Virus record (IMG/VR): IMGVR_UViG_3300033049_000023
Location: 1 to 60,285 of that record
DNA length: 60,285 bases
Source of the DNA: a virus
Lineage: Duplodnaviria > Caudoviricetes
Reading direction: 5' to 3' (one strand)
Of this stretch, positions 37,138 through 45,548 are shown piece by piece. Position numbers and translations under genes: made by a program. The notes beneath the pieces were generated by a model, which was not told the DNA's origin, searched no databases, and saw only the letters and a program-made list of their open reading frames with translations. Each line of letters opens with the position of its first letter. Position 1 is the first letter of the stretch.

Positions 37138-38316
37138 ATGACCGAAGCATCAGGAGACCGGCTCCTTCTCTCGTATGTAGTTGAAGCCACCTACGGGCTT
37201 TTCCCAGCAGGGCCCTCACCCGTCTTGCAGGACATTCGTTTTACGAGCGAAGGATTGGCACAAACACACAACTCAGTACAGAGTACACAAATCGACGCGG
37301 ACCGAATGGTGTCCGACTTGAAACGCGTTGGCCTCGGTGTGGAGGGCTCTATCGGGTACGAACTTTCGTTCGGCTCGCATGAGGACTTCATGGCGGCGGC
37401 AATCGGTTCGAGTGGTTTTTCTACACCCGCATCGGCACCGTCTGGAACCTTCTCCACTACGGCATCGACCAGCGTGGTCACCGGCACCGGTGTAGGAACT
37501 GGGTTGATTGTTGGCGACTGGGTAAACCTCACGGGTTTCTCGGCACTCATCGATGCGACTCCCCGCAAGGTCACCGTTCAGGCGGCGAATGAAATCACTG
37601 TCCAGCCGGGACTTGAGGAGGACATCACCGGAGATGCCGATGAGGTGGTTACCCCAATGGCGCAGATCGTCAACGGTACTGCGCTCACAACCTTCTCGTT
37701 TGAGAAAGAGTTTCAGGACCTCGGCTTGTTCACCCAATACACCGGGTGTGGAATCGATTCGTGGTCACTCAGCGCAGAACTTGAAGCGATCATCACCGGC
37801 GAGTTCGGTATCATGGGCAAGGACGAAACCACCTCGGGCGCAACCGGGAACTCGGGGACCAACCTCGGCGTTACCACTTCGGATGTAATGGCATCGGTCG
37901 ATGAGATCACCGCCGTTGTGTTTGGCCCTCGGAACTCGGCGACCTTTGACGGTATGGATGCGGTTGGGTTCTCGTTTGAGACCAGCAACAACCTCCGCGC
38001 CCGCTTGGTTCTCGGAACGCTCGGGCCGAAGTCCCTCGGTCTCGGTAAGTTCAACGCGACCGGTACTCTTGTGGCCTACTTCGAGTCGAATGAGTTGGTG
38101 GATAACTTCTTGAACTTTGTCGATGGCAACGAGGTTGCCTTCATCGTCCGAGATTCAAGCGGCAACACCTATGTATTCGACTTCCCCCGCATCAAGTTCT
38201 CCGCCTCGCCCCGCAATGTCGGTGGTGAGAATCAGGATGTTATGGTGGAGATGGCTTGGACCGCAGTTCGTGACCAGACCGAAGGCATCGCAATGCGTAT
38301 GTCCAAGTCCGCATAA
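37138..38316 (+). CDS. major tail tube protein
   Basis: YVVEATYG, SFEKEFQD..YTGC, GTLVAYF, YVFDFPRIKF. Confidence 0.8.
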   Translation: MTEASGDRLLLSYVVEATYGLFPAGPSPVLQDIRFTSEGLAQTHNSVQSTQIDADRMVSDLKRVGLGVEGSIGYELSFGSHEDFMAAAIGSSGFSTPASAPSGTFSTTASTSVVTGTGVGTGLIVGDWVNLTGFSALIDATPRKVTVQAANEITVQPGLEEDITGDADEVVTPMAQIVNGTALTTFSFEKEFQDLGLFTQYTGCGIDSWSLSAELEAIITGEFGIMGKDETTSGATGNSGTNLGVTTSDVMASVDEITAVVFGPRNSATFDGMDAVGFSFETSNNLRARLVLGTLGPKSLGLGKFNATGTLVAYFESNELVDNFLNFVDGNEVAFIVRDSSGNTYVFDFPRIKFSASPRNVGGENQDVMVEMAWTAVRDQTEGIAMRMSKSA

Positions 38317-38450
38317 AACTGTCCCCTCTCTTTCCCGATTGAGCCCCGGGAAAGTCCGCACCTCGCTTGGGCGTAAAGCCCAAGCGGGATTTTCAGAAAC
38401 ACCGAGCCCGGGCGGATTGTCCCGAGCATTACACCAAATGGAGATTCCCA

Positions 38451-38858
38451 ATGGGGCTCAAAGTATCCAATTTCTTTTCCGTCGATAAAGACAAAGCACT
38501 CAATGGCGTTCGCATCGATATGGGTAGCGGCGCAGCAATGTGGATTGCTCAGATGAAGAACGCAAATATGATTGCGTTCATCCAGAAGGGTCTCGCACCG
38601 TACCAAAGCCAACTCAAAATCGGAACGCTTGACCCGAAGATTTTGGAGGAGGTCACCTTTGGCGCAGTTGCCACACACATCATCAAGAACTGGGAAAACT
38701 TCGAGGACCGTGAGGGTACGCCAATCCCGTACTCACCAGAAGCGGCGGAACAAATGCTCCGCGAACTCCCGAAGTTCGCCGAGTTTGTTGAGGAGCAAGC
38801 GAATATGCAATCCCACTACCGGGAAGTGGTTGTGGAGGATGCGGTGGGAAACTCCTAA
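38451..38858 (+). CDS. tail assembly chaperone (gpG-like)
   Basis: between tube and tape measure; ends in slippery G GGA AAC. Confidence 0.8.
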   Translation: MGLKVSNFFSVDKDKALNGVRIDMGSGAAMWIAQMKNANMIAFIQKGLAPYQSQLKIGTLDPKILEEVTFGAVATHIIKNWENFEDREGTPIPYSPEAAEQMLRELPKFAEFVEEQANMQSHYREVVVEDAVGNS

Positions 38859-39202
38859 GCGTCCTTCAATGGCTATTCGATTGGGGTGATAAGAGAGCCC
38901 AATCGGTACTCAAAAGAAGGGCGCGTAAAGGCAAGTCCGTTCCCGCTCTGGATAACAAACCATTCGTGACTCTGGGAGATCAAGGATACTGGAACGCGTA
39001 CCAAGATTTGCATCGGGCTCGGTCGGTTGGATTCTCCTCACTGAACCCCATCGGCATTGGCGAGATTACCCAGTGGCTTGATCTCCGCAGGATCACAGAT
39101 GCAGAGACCAGAGAAATGTATTACGATGTTCTAAGCCAACTCGATTACCAGTATCGGGATTGGCTCAGAGAACAAGAGAAAAAGAAGGGCCGAAAGAAAT
39201 GA
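38846..39202 (+). CDS. -1 frameshift extension of tail chaperone (gpGT-like)
   Basis: GGGAAAC at 38846-38852; the -1 frame is open from there to TGA at 39202. Confidence 0.8.
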   Translation, partial: GKLLSVLQWLFDWGDKRAQSVLKRRARKGKSVPALDNKPFVTLGDQGYWNAYQDLHRARSVGFSSLNPIGIGEITQWLDLRRITDAETREMYYDVLSQLDYQYRDWLREQEKKKGRKK

Positions 39203-41940
39203 GTCTCACCCTCGACATCATCGTAAATCCGACCCGGGCAATGGTTGGACTCAAGAAGTTCGATCGAGGTCTAGACTCATCGGGCCGCAGGGTCAAACGC
39301 TTTGCCTCTACCGCAGACCGTTCGATGACCTCACTGGGTTCGACGATGAAGCGGGTCGGTGCGATTGCTACGGCGGCTCTTGCCTTTGGTGGGATTGCGG
39401 CGGGCATCCGGGGTGTGGTTTCCACCATCGCGTCTTTCGAGTCCACTATGGCACTCACCGGGGCGGTCGCTGGCGTGGATCGTCTCAGCGACCAGTACAA
39501 GGCCCTCTCAGACCGCGCCCGCGAACTGGGAGCAACCACCCGTTTCTCGGCTACGCAGGCGGGAGAGGGGCTTCTGTTCCTCGCACGGGCGGGCTTCACG
39601 GCTGAGGAGGCGATGGGCGCAGTAGGCGGTGCGCTCAACCTCGCAGCGGCGGGGGCCATCTCCCTCGGAGACGCGGCGGACATTGCCTCCAATATCGGGT
39701 CCACCTTTGCCGATCAGTTCGGCGGCAAGGTCGAAGCAACGGCGGCATCAATCGATGTACTGGTGGCCGCATCGAACCGGGCCAATACGAATGTGGCTCA
39801 GTTGGCCGAAGCGTTGAAGTTTGCCGGTCCCACGGCATCGGCGTTTGGTATCAGCATGGAGGACGCGGCGGCGAGTCTGGCCCAGTTGGGCAACTTCGGT
39901 ATTCAGGCATCTATGGCGGGCACCAATCTCCGTGCGATCCTTGCGGCACTGGTTGGTGGGTCGGACAAGGCCGAGGCGGCACTGAAACGGCTCGGGCTCA
40001 CTCAGGCAGATTTGAGCCCTGAGACAAACACACTCGCAGAAATCTTCGCCAAGTTGGAGGGGGCTAGTCTCGGTGCGGCGGACGCGCTTGCGATCTTTGG
40101 CCGTCGTAATGCTGGCGCGGCTCTCATCCTTGCGAAATCCTCTGCGGAAACCGCATTGCTCGCCGAGGAGTTGAGAAACGCCGAGGGTGAAGCGCAGCGA
40201 ATCGCGGACGCGATGAACGACACACTTATCGGTGCGTTCCTTGCGATGAAGTCCGCTTTCCAAGAGGCGGCTTTGCAGATCGGCGAGCGTGGGTTTGGTG
40301 GGGCACTCCGCAAGACCGTTGACTTTATCACCGGTGTAGTCCGAGTCTTTATTGGTATGACCGAGGAGGGCAAAGAAGCATCGAAGGCCGTTCTTCGTGT
40401 AGCCGAGGCGTTGAAGGTCGCAGGTGTTGCAGCGGCCACGATGGTAACTATCAAACTCGCAGGGTTTTTCATCGCAGCAACGCGAGCCGTGATTGGCTTC
40501 ACCGTGGCGATGGCAGCGAATCCGTTTGGTCTTGCGGCTATCGCTGTGACCGCATTGGTCTCCGGTTTGTTTGCTCTCCGAAATAAAGTTATCAACCTCG
40601 GTGGTGAGCCGATGAAGATTCTGGACATTATGATTGCGACTTGGGAGCATATGGGAGAAGTCGTAAAGGTGGTGTTCCGAACCATCGGCGAGGTCGTCCC
40701 CGTGATTATGAACAAGGTCGGTGAGATTTTCAGCGGCGTATTCCGCATCATGGGTGAGGTCGCCTTTGGTTTCCTTGATGAACTGTTCCCCGGATTCAAG
40801 TCGGTGTTCGATGCCATTGGTACCAATGTAATCGGGGGATTCGCTAGAGCCACGATTGCGGTAATCAATGGGCTCATTGGCGTACTCGGTGCGGCGTTCC
40901 GGTCGGTCACCAACTTTGTGAATGCGTTCGGCACACTCGACTTTACCAATATCAAAACTCTCGGTATTTCACTGGCCCAATTCAGCGGTCAAATCGCGGT
41001 CGCGTTCAACGGTCTTGGCATCGACGCATCCACGGCATTTGCGGACGGCGTGCTAAAGGGTGCATCCGGCAAAGACCTCATCGAGTCCTTGCTTGGGCTC
41101 GAAGGCGACTTCAATACCGCGTTCGTCGAAACCCTCGGGAAGTTCGGCGCAACAATCACCGAGGAGGAGTTTGCATCGCTATTCCTCCCGAGCAATGTCA
41201 CCGCGTCGATTCTCACCCGCGCCCGCGAACTGTTCGAGGAACGAAACCGACTTATCGAGGAGGGTGAGGATAAAAACATCGAAACCATCCGGCAAAAAGA
41301 GGAGGAGTTGCGGATTGAGTTGGAGAAACTCAACAACCTCCCAGACCCCGCCGAGGGTGCCAACGCGGATTCCGGCTTTGGGTTCTCATCCTTCTCGGCT
41401 ACCGTGGTTTCCGGTCTCGGTGACATCATCAAGCAAACCACTTCGGCAGCGGAGGGGTTCAAGAATATGGGCCGGGCGATCCTCGACCTTGCTATCCAAA
41501 AACTTGTGCTGGATCAACTCGCCGAATCGATGGATAACTTTTTCGGTGGTGGCGGCTCGGCTGGCGGATCAACCGGCGGCATCGCTGGGGGTATCGGTGG
41601 AATCCTCGGCTCACTATTCTCAGCGAAAGGCAACGCGTTCGGTTCCGGCGGTAGTGTCTCGGCGTTCGCCAAGGGCGGCGTTCTCACTGACACCGCGATC
41701 TTCCCCATGCGGAACGGCGGAATCGGTGTAGCCGGTGAGGCGGGGGACGAACCAGTGATGGGCCTTGCCCGGGATAGCCAAGGCAATCTCGGCGTGCGGA
41801 GTATTGGCGGCGGTGGGACTACGATCAATATGGGCGGCATCGTCATTCAGGCAAACAACCCCGGCGAGTTCCATGCGGGTTTGCGTCAAACAGCATCGGA
41901 TGCCGTCGAAGTTATGCGGCGGGCAACGAGCGGAGGTTGA
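39199..41940 (+). CDS. tail tape measure protein
   Basis: ARELGATTRFSA.QA..G..FLARAG (TP901-like core); FAKGGV..AGEAG.E C-terminus. Confidence 0.92.
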   Translation: MSLTLDIIVNPTRAMVGLKKFDRGLDSSGRRVKRFASTADRSMTSLGSTMKRVGAIATAALAFGGIAAGIRGVVSTIASFESTMALTGAVAGVDRLSDQYKALSDRARELGATTRFSATQAGEGLLFLARAGFTAEEAMGAVGGALNLAAAGAISLGDAADIASNIGSTFADQFGGKVEATAASIDVLVAASNRANTNVAQLAEALKFAGPTASAFGISMEDAAASLAQLGNFGIQASMAGTNLRAILAALVGGSDKAEAALKRLGLTQADLSPETNTLAEIFAKLEGASLGAADALAIFGRRNAGAALILAKSSAETALLAEELRNAEGEAQRIADAMNDTLIGAFLAMKSAFQEAALQIGERGFGGALRKTVDFITGVVRVFIGMTEEGKEASKAVLRVAEALKVAGVAAATMVTIKLAGFFIAATRAVIGFTVAMAANPFGLAAIAVTALVSGLFALRNKVINLGGEPMKILDIMIATWEHMGEVVKVVFRTIGEVVPVIMNKVGEIFSGVFRIMGEVAFGFLDELFPGFKSVFDAIGTNVIGGFARATIAVINGLIGVLGAAFRSVTNFVNAFGTLDFTNIKTLGISLAQFSGQIAVAFNGLGIDASTAFADGVLKGASGKDLIESLLGLEGDFNTAFVETLGKFGATITEEEFASLFLPSNVTASILTRARELFEERNRLIEEGEDKNIETIRQKEEELRIELEKLNNLPDPAEGANADSGFGFSSFSATVVSGLGDIIKQTTSAAEGFKNMGRAILDLAIQKLVLDQLAESMDNFFGGGGSAGGSTGGIAGGIGGILGSLFSAKGNAFGSGGSVSAFAKGGVLTDTAIFPMRNGGIGVAGEAGDEPVMGLARDSQGNLGVRSIGGGGTTINMGGIVIQANNPGEFHAGLRQTASDAVEVMRRATSGG

Positions 41941-41943
41941 GTA

Positions 41944-42909
41944 ATGTCATTCCATGAAGTCACATATTCCGATGAGTTGTCATACGGCGCATCATCGGGC
42001 CCGCAGTTCAAGACAATGATTACCGAGTTGCGGTCCGGTGCCGAGCAACGGGTTTCCCGTTGGAGTGCGCCGCGTAGGTTGTTCAACTTGGCCTATGGCG
42101 ATAAGACCCATGTTGAGGTCGCCTTGCAACTTGAGTTTGCAATCATGCGGAACGGATCGGAGTTCGGGTTCCGACTCAAAGATTGGATGGATTTCAACTC
42201 CTCATCCTTGCATATCTCGGCGATCCTCGGCGGGGCGGATGCGGATGATGAGGATCAAGTTATCGGGACCGGGGACGGCACCGAAACTCAGTTCCAACTC
42301 ATCAAGACCTACGCCGATGGCATTGCCTCGGCGAAGGTACGGAACATCAAAAAGCCCCGGGCGGGTTCAGTCCTGATTGCTATCGACGGCGCGGCCCAAA
42401 CCGAGGGCGTTGATTTCTCGGTGGACACCACCACCGGGATCATTGACTTTGCCGTTGCCCCATTGCTTGCCGAGATCATCACCGCCGGATACCAGTTCGA
42501 TGTACCAGTCCGGTTCACCCAGTCCGCAGAGAAGTGGGTCCAAGGAACCATCGCATCCTACAACAACGCATCCGCAAATCTGGAGGCCATCGAAATCCTC
42601 GACAATGAGTTGGTCCCCGGGGAGTTTTGGATGGGTGGGTCGAACACCTTCTCGTTTGCTAAAGACACCCCTATCTCCCTCCTCGCCGGGCGAAACAAAG
42701 TGGCGACCGCAACGGTCACAAGTCTTTCACTTTTGATGCCGCCGAGTAGCGGATTGCCGAGCGGGGGCCCGTTCTTCTATATCATCGGCGGTGTAGGTAC
42801 CGAGGACTTCGAGTTGCGGTCCGCAGAAGGTACACTTTTCGCCACGATCACCGCCGGGGACATCGCCGAAATCCTTTTGCTCGATGATGGAAGTTGGCTC
42901 GCTCGATGA
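41944..42909 (+). CDS. distal tail protein, DUF2460 (GTA-like)
   Basis: SFHEV, GP.FKT, SGAEQR, GFRLKDW.D, GDG..TQFQL.KTY, FDVPVRF. Confidence 0.88.
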   Translation: MSFHEVTYSDELSYGASSGPQFKTMITELRSGAEQRVSRWSAPRRLFNLAYGDKTHVEVALQLEFAIMRNGSEFGFRLKDWMDFNSSSLHISAILGGADADDEDQVIGTGDGTETQFQLIKTYADGIASAKVRNIKKPRAGSVLIAIDGAAQTEGVDFSVDTTTGIIDFAVAPLLAEIITAGYQFDVPVRFTQSAEKWVQGTIASYNNASANLEAIEILDNELVPGEFWMGGSNTFSFAKDTPISLLAGRNKVATATVTSLSLLMPPSSGLPSGGPFFYIIGGVGTEDFELRSAEGTLFATITAGDIAEILLLDDGSWLAR

Positions 42910-43328
42910 CACTCTCCCGTGCAAACTTTTACGGCGGTGCTATTGCAGCGTCTATCAGTGCGGACTACCGGATCAACCCCGGCGTTGCCCGGATGTACAC
43001 CATCTCCAGCACGGCGGGTCCGGCGGTTGTGCTGCCGAACGCTTTGCGTATGCGTGGCACGGGCGGTCCGTACTTCTGGATTTACAACAACGGGGCAAAC
43101 GATTTCGATGTGGAGACGATGAACGGAATCTTTGTCCGAACTATCCCGGCGGGATTCGCCTCGGTGGTGCTTCTCTCCGATGACAGTACCGAGGACGGTA
43201 TTTGGCACATTGATCCGAGGTTGCCAAACATCTCAGTATCTTCGTCGCCGGGATCGCCGTGGGCTTCTGGTACCGATCTCCAATCGTCGGCGGGGTGGAG
43301 CGGTACCCTTTCCGGGCCACCAGCGTAA
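42906..43328 (+). CDS. hypothetical tail-associated protein
   Basis: ATGA overlap; GGPYFWIYN resembles GGPFFYII in the C-terminal extension of the upstream protein. Confidence 0.6.
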   Translation: MTLSRANFYGGAIAASISADYRINPGVARMYTISSTAGPAVVLPNALRMRGTGGPYFWIYNNGANDFDVETMNGIFVRTIPAGFASVVLLSDDSTEDGIWHIDPRLPNISVSSSPGSPWASGTDLQSSAGWSGTLSGPPA

Positions 43329-43337
43329 AGGTATCCA

Positions 43338-44213
43338 ATGACTGAGACCGATAAAATCTTCAACTCCCCATACGCGAACCGATTTGTGTTGTACACCTCG
43401 GCGGGCGAGTCTATGGATTTGCAGAATCACTATTTCGGTGAAGCGTTGTTCATCACACTCGGCGGGCCGTCACTCGTAAAAGAGGACCTTGCCGCCCTCC
43501 GCGCCTCGGGTGTAATGACAATGGGTGTGAACAATACTTGGTCGATCTATCGCCCGGACCTTTGGGTGAGCATCGACCCAGCAAGTACCTTCTTGCCTAA
43601 TGGGTGGGCGGACCCCCGCATCCTCAAACTTGTACCGTGTAGCCAGCGGCGCACGCATCTCCGAAGGCGTGAGCCCAACGGGGAGTTCGTCAAGCTCGGG
43701 CGCACACCGGGCAAGAGTCCAAACACATTCTTTTTCAACCCGCACGCCGGGTTCGAGCCCGCGAACTTCTTGGACCACCCCCGCATTGAGATCGGTTCGC
43801 CGGGGACTTCCCGGGATGGGCTCGGCTTCAAGGGGCAACGCTCGGTATTCCTTGCAGCGATCCGGTTCGCCGTCTACTTCGGGTTCAAGCGGGTGTATTT
43901 GCTGGGCGCGGACTTCCATATGGCTGACCCCGGGGAACCGCAGTACGCGACCGGCGAGGAGAAGGGCGTGGGGGGTGTGGTCCACAATAATCGAACCTAC
44001 CGGGCACTCAACGCCAGAATGGAGGCATTGGGCCCGTACCTGACCGCTCAGGGTGTTTCAGTGGTAAACCTGACTACCGACTCGGGGTTGACTTGCCTCC
44101 CCGTAGAGGGGCTTCACGGGGCTCTGGAGAGAGAGGCCCTTTCGGGCCCTGAGGGTGTAGACTCAGTGGGGTACTACGCAAAGCATGAGCCCGAGAAGGA
44201 CCCCGAACCATGA
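43338..44213 (+). CDS. Maf/DUF115-like (glycosyltransferase-like) protein
   Basis: FITLGGPSL, TMGVN, AVYFGFKRVYLLGADF, VVNLT..S.L motifs. Confidence 0.65.
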   Translation: MTETDKIFNSPYANRFVLYTSAGESMDLQNHYFGEALFITLGGPSLVKEDLAALRASGVMTMGVNNTWSIYRPDLWVSIDPASTFLPNGWADPRILKLVPCSQRRTHLRRREPNGEFVKLGRTPGKSPNTFFFNPHAGFEPANFLDHPRIEIGSPGTSRDGLGFKGQRSVFLAAIRFAVYFGFKRVYLLGADFHMADPGEPQYATGEEKGVGGVVHNNRTYRALNARMEALGPYLTAQGVSVVNLTTDSGLTCLPVEGLHGALEREALSGPEGVDSVGYYAKHEPEKDPEP

Positions 44214-45094
44214 CCCTCCCCGCATCCCTCCAATCTTTGATCGATTCCAACGCGTTTCGATTCTGCCGACTCTGGCAGGTCACCCGGGTTGATGATGTAT
44301 CGTTCTACTTCACCGACCACAATATGCCGGTGGAGTTTTTTGGGACCACATATATTCCGGCGCACTTCGACGCGTCCTCTCGGGAGGAGAAGGCGGGATT
44401 CTCATCGGACTCGGTGGAGTTGAAAGGTTTCCTTGCTGCCGATGCGATCACGAAAGAGGAGTTGCGGGCCCGGATGTTTGCCGATGCGGATGTGACTGTC
44501 CGCGTAGTGGATTGGCGGTACCCGTTCGCGGGCGCATACCGGACCGATGTGATGAAGATTGAGTCGGTGAAGTACACCGGCGAGATTTGGGAAGCGTCGG
44601 TCCTCGGGCTCTCCGGTATTCTCAAACGAAAAGTGGGCAAGGTCCTCAATCGGGATTGCAATGTACTCCGAGTTGGCGACCTTCGTTGCTTGGTTGACAT
44701 CGAAGCGCACCGAGTCACCGGGGAGATCACCGCGATTGATGAAACGAACCGGGTGTTCCAAACCGACCTCACCGATGCCGATGGTCTTTACCATATGGGG
44801 ATGCTTCTCTGGACCACAACGGGCGGCGGGCTCGGACTCAACGACACATTCGAGACCGAGGTAAAGCAATACCTCAACGCCAACGGGCAAATCACGCTCC
44901 AGATCAGAACGCCGTACTTGGCTCAGGTTGGCGACACCTTCTCGATCATCCCCGGGTGTAGCCGCTCGCGTGAAGATTGCCGTGGGGTGGCGGGCACCGG
45001 CGGCAAACCGTGGGTCGATAATATCCTCAACTTCCGTGGCTCACCAAATATGCCGGGCGCACGGCTTCTCCTCAAATCCCCGGACTCACGATGA
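44210..45094 (+). CDS. baseplate hub protein, DUF2163 (GTA-like)
   Basis: W.VTR.D...FTDH, C...GD.RC.VD, PGC.R...C, N..NFRG.P.MPG. Confidence 0.88.
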   Translation: MTLPASLQSLIDSNAFRFCRLWQVTRVDDVSFYFTDHNMPVEFFGTTYIPAHFDASSREEKAGFSSDSVELKGFLAADAITKEELRARMFADADVTVRVVDWRYPFAGAYRTDVMKIESVKYTGEIWEASVLGLSGILKRKVGKVLNRDCNVLRVGDLRCLVDIEAHRVTGEITAIDETNRVFQTDLTDADGLYHMGMLLWTTTGGGLGLNDTFETEVKQYLNANGQITLQIRTPYLAQVGDTFSIIPGCSRSREDCRGVAGTGGKPWVDNILNFRGSPNMPGARLLLKSPDSR

Positions 45095-45546
45095 AACGAA
45101 CCGAACTCATCTCGGCGGCTCGCGTTCACCTCGGGGTGGGGTGGTCGCATATGGGACGCGACAAAATCAACGGTCTCGATTGCGGGGGGTTCCTGTTTGA
45201 GATTGCAAAGACCTTTGATATTCCGTATGTGGATCACAAGGGTTGGTACTCAATGCTCCCAGACGGCAAGACCCTTGTTGAAATGCTCAGAACAAATCTG
45301 GTTGAGGTCGAACGCGATTCTTACCAAGTGGGCTCAATCATTGTGTGCGGCATGGTTCGCGGGGCCCCAACGGGTCACGCGCAGGACTTCCCGCAGCATG
45401 TTATGATGGTGACTCAGTTGGACCCGGTAAAGATCATCCATTCATGCAACAAGCCAAGCATGATGGCAGTTGTGGAGCATATCATTCCCCCGAAGTGGTT
45501 GCGGGACACCTCGAACACTTTCGAGTTCCCCGGCGTTGAGGATTAG
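45091..45546 (+). CDS. NlpC/P60 family tail peptidase
   Basis: AAR.HLGV.WSHMGR..GLDCGG, PQH, IIHS. Confidence 0.85.
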   Translation: MKRTELISAARVHLGVGWSHMGRDKINGLDCGGFLFEIAKTFDIPYVDHKGWYSMLPDGKTLVEMLRTNLVEVERDSYQVGSIIVCGMVRGAPTGHAQDFPQHVMMVTQLDPVKIIHSCNKPSMMAVVEHIIPPKWLRDTSNTFEFPGVED

Positions 45547-45548
45547 TT

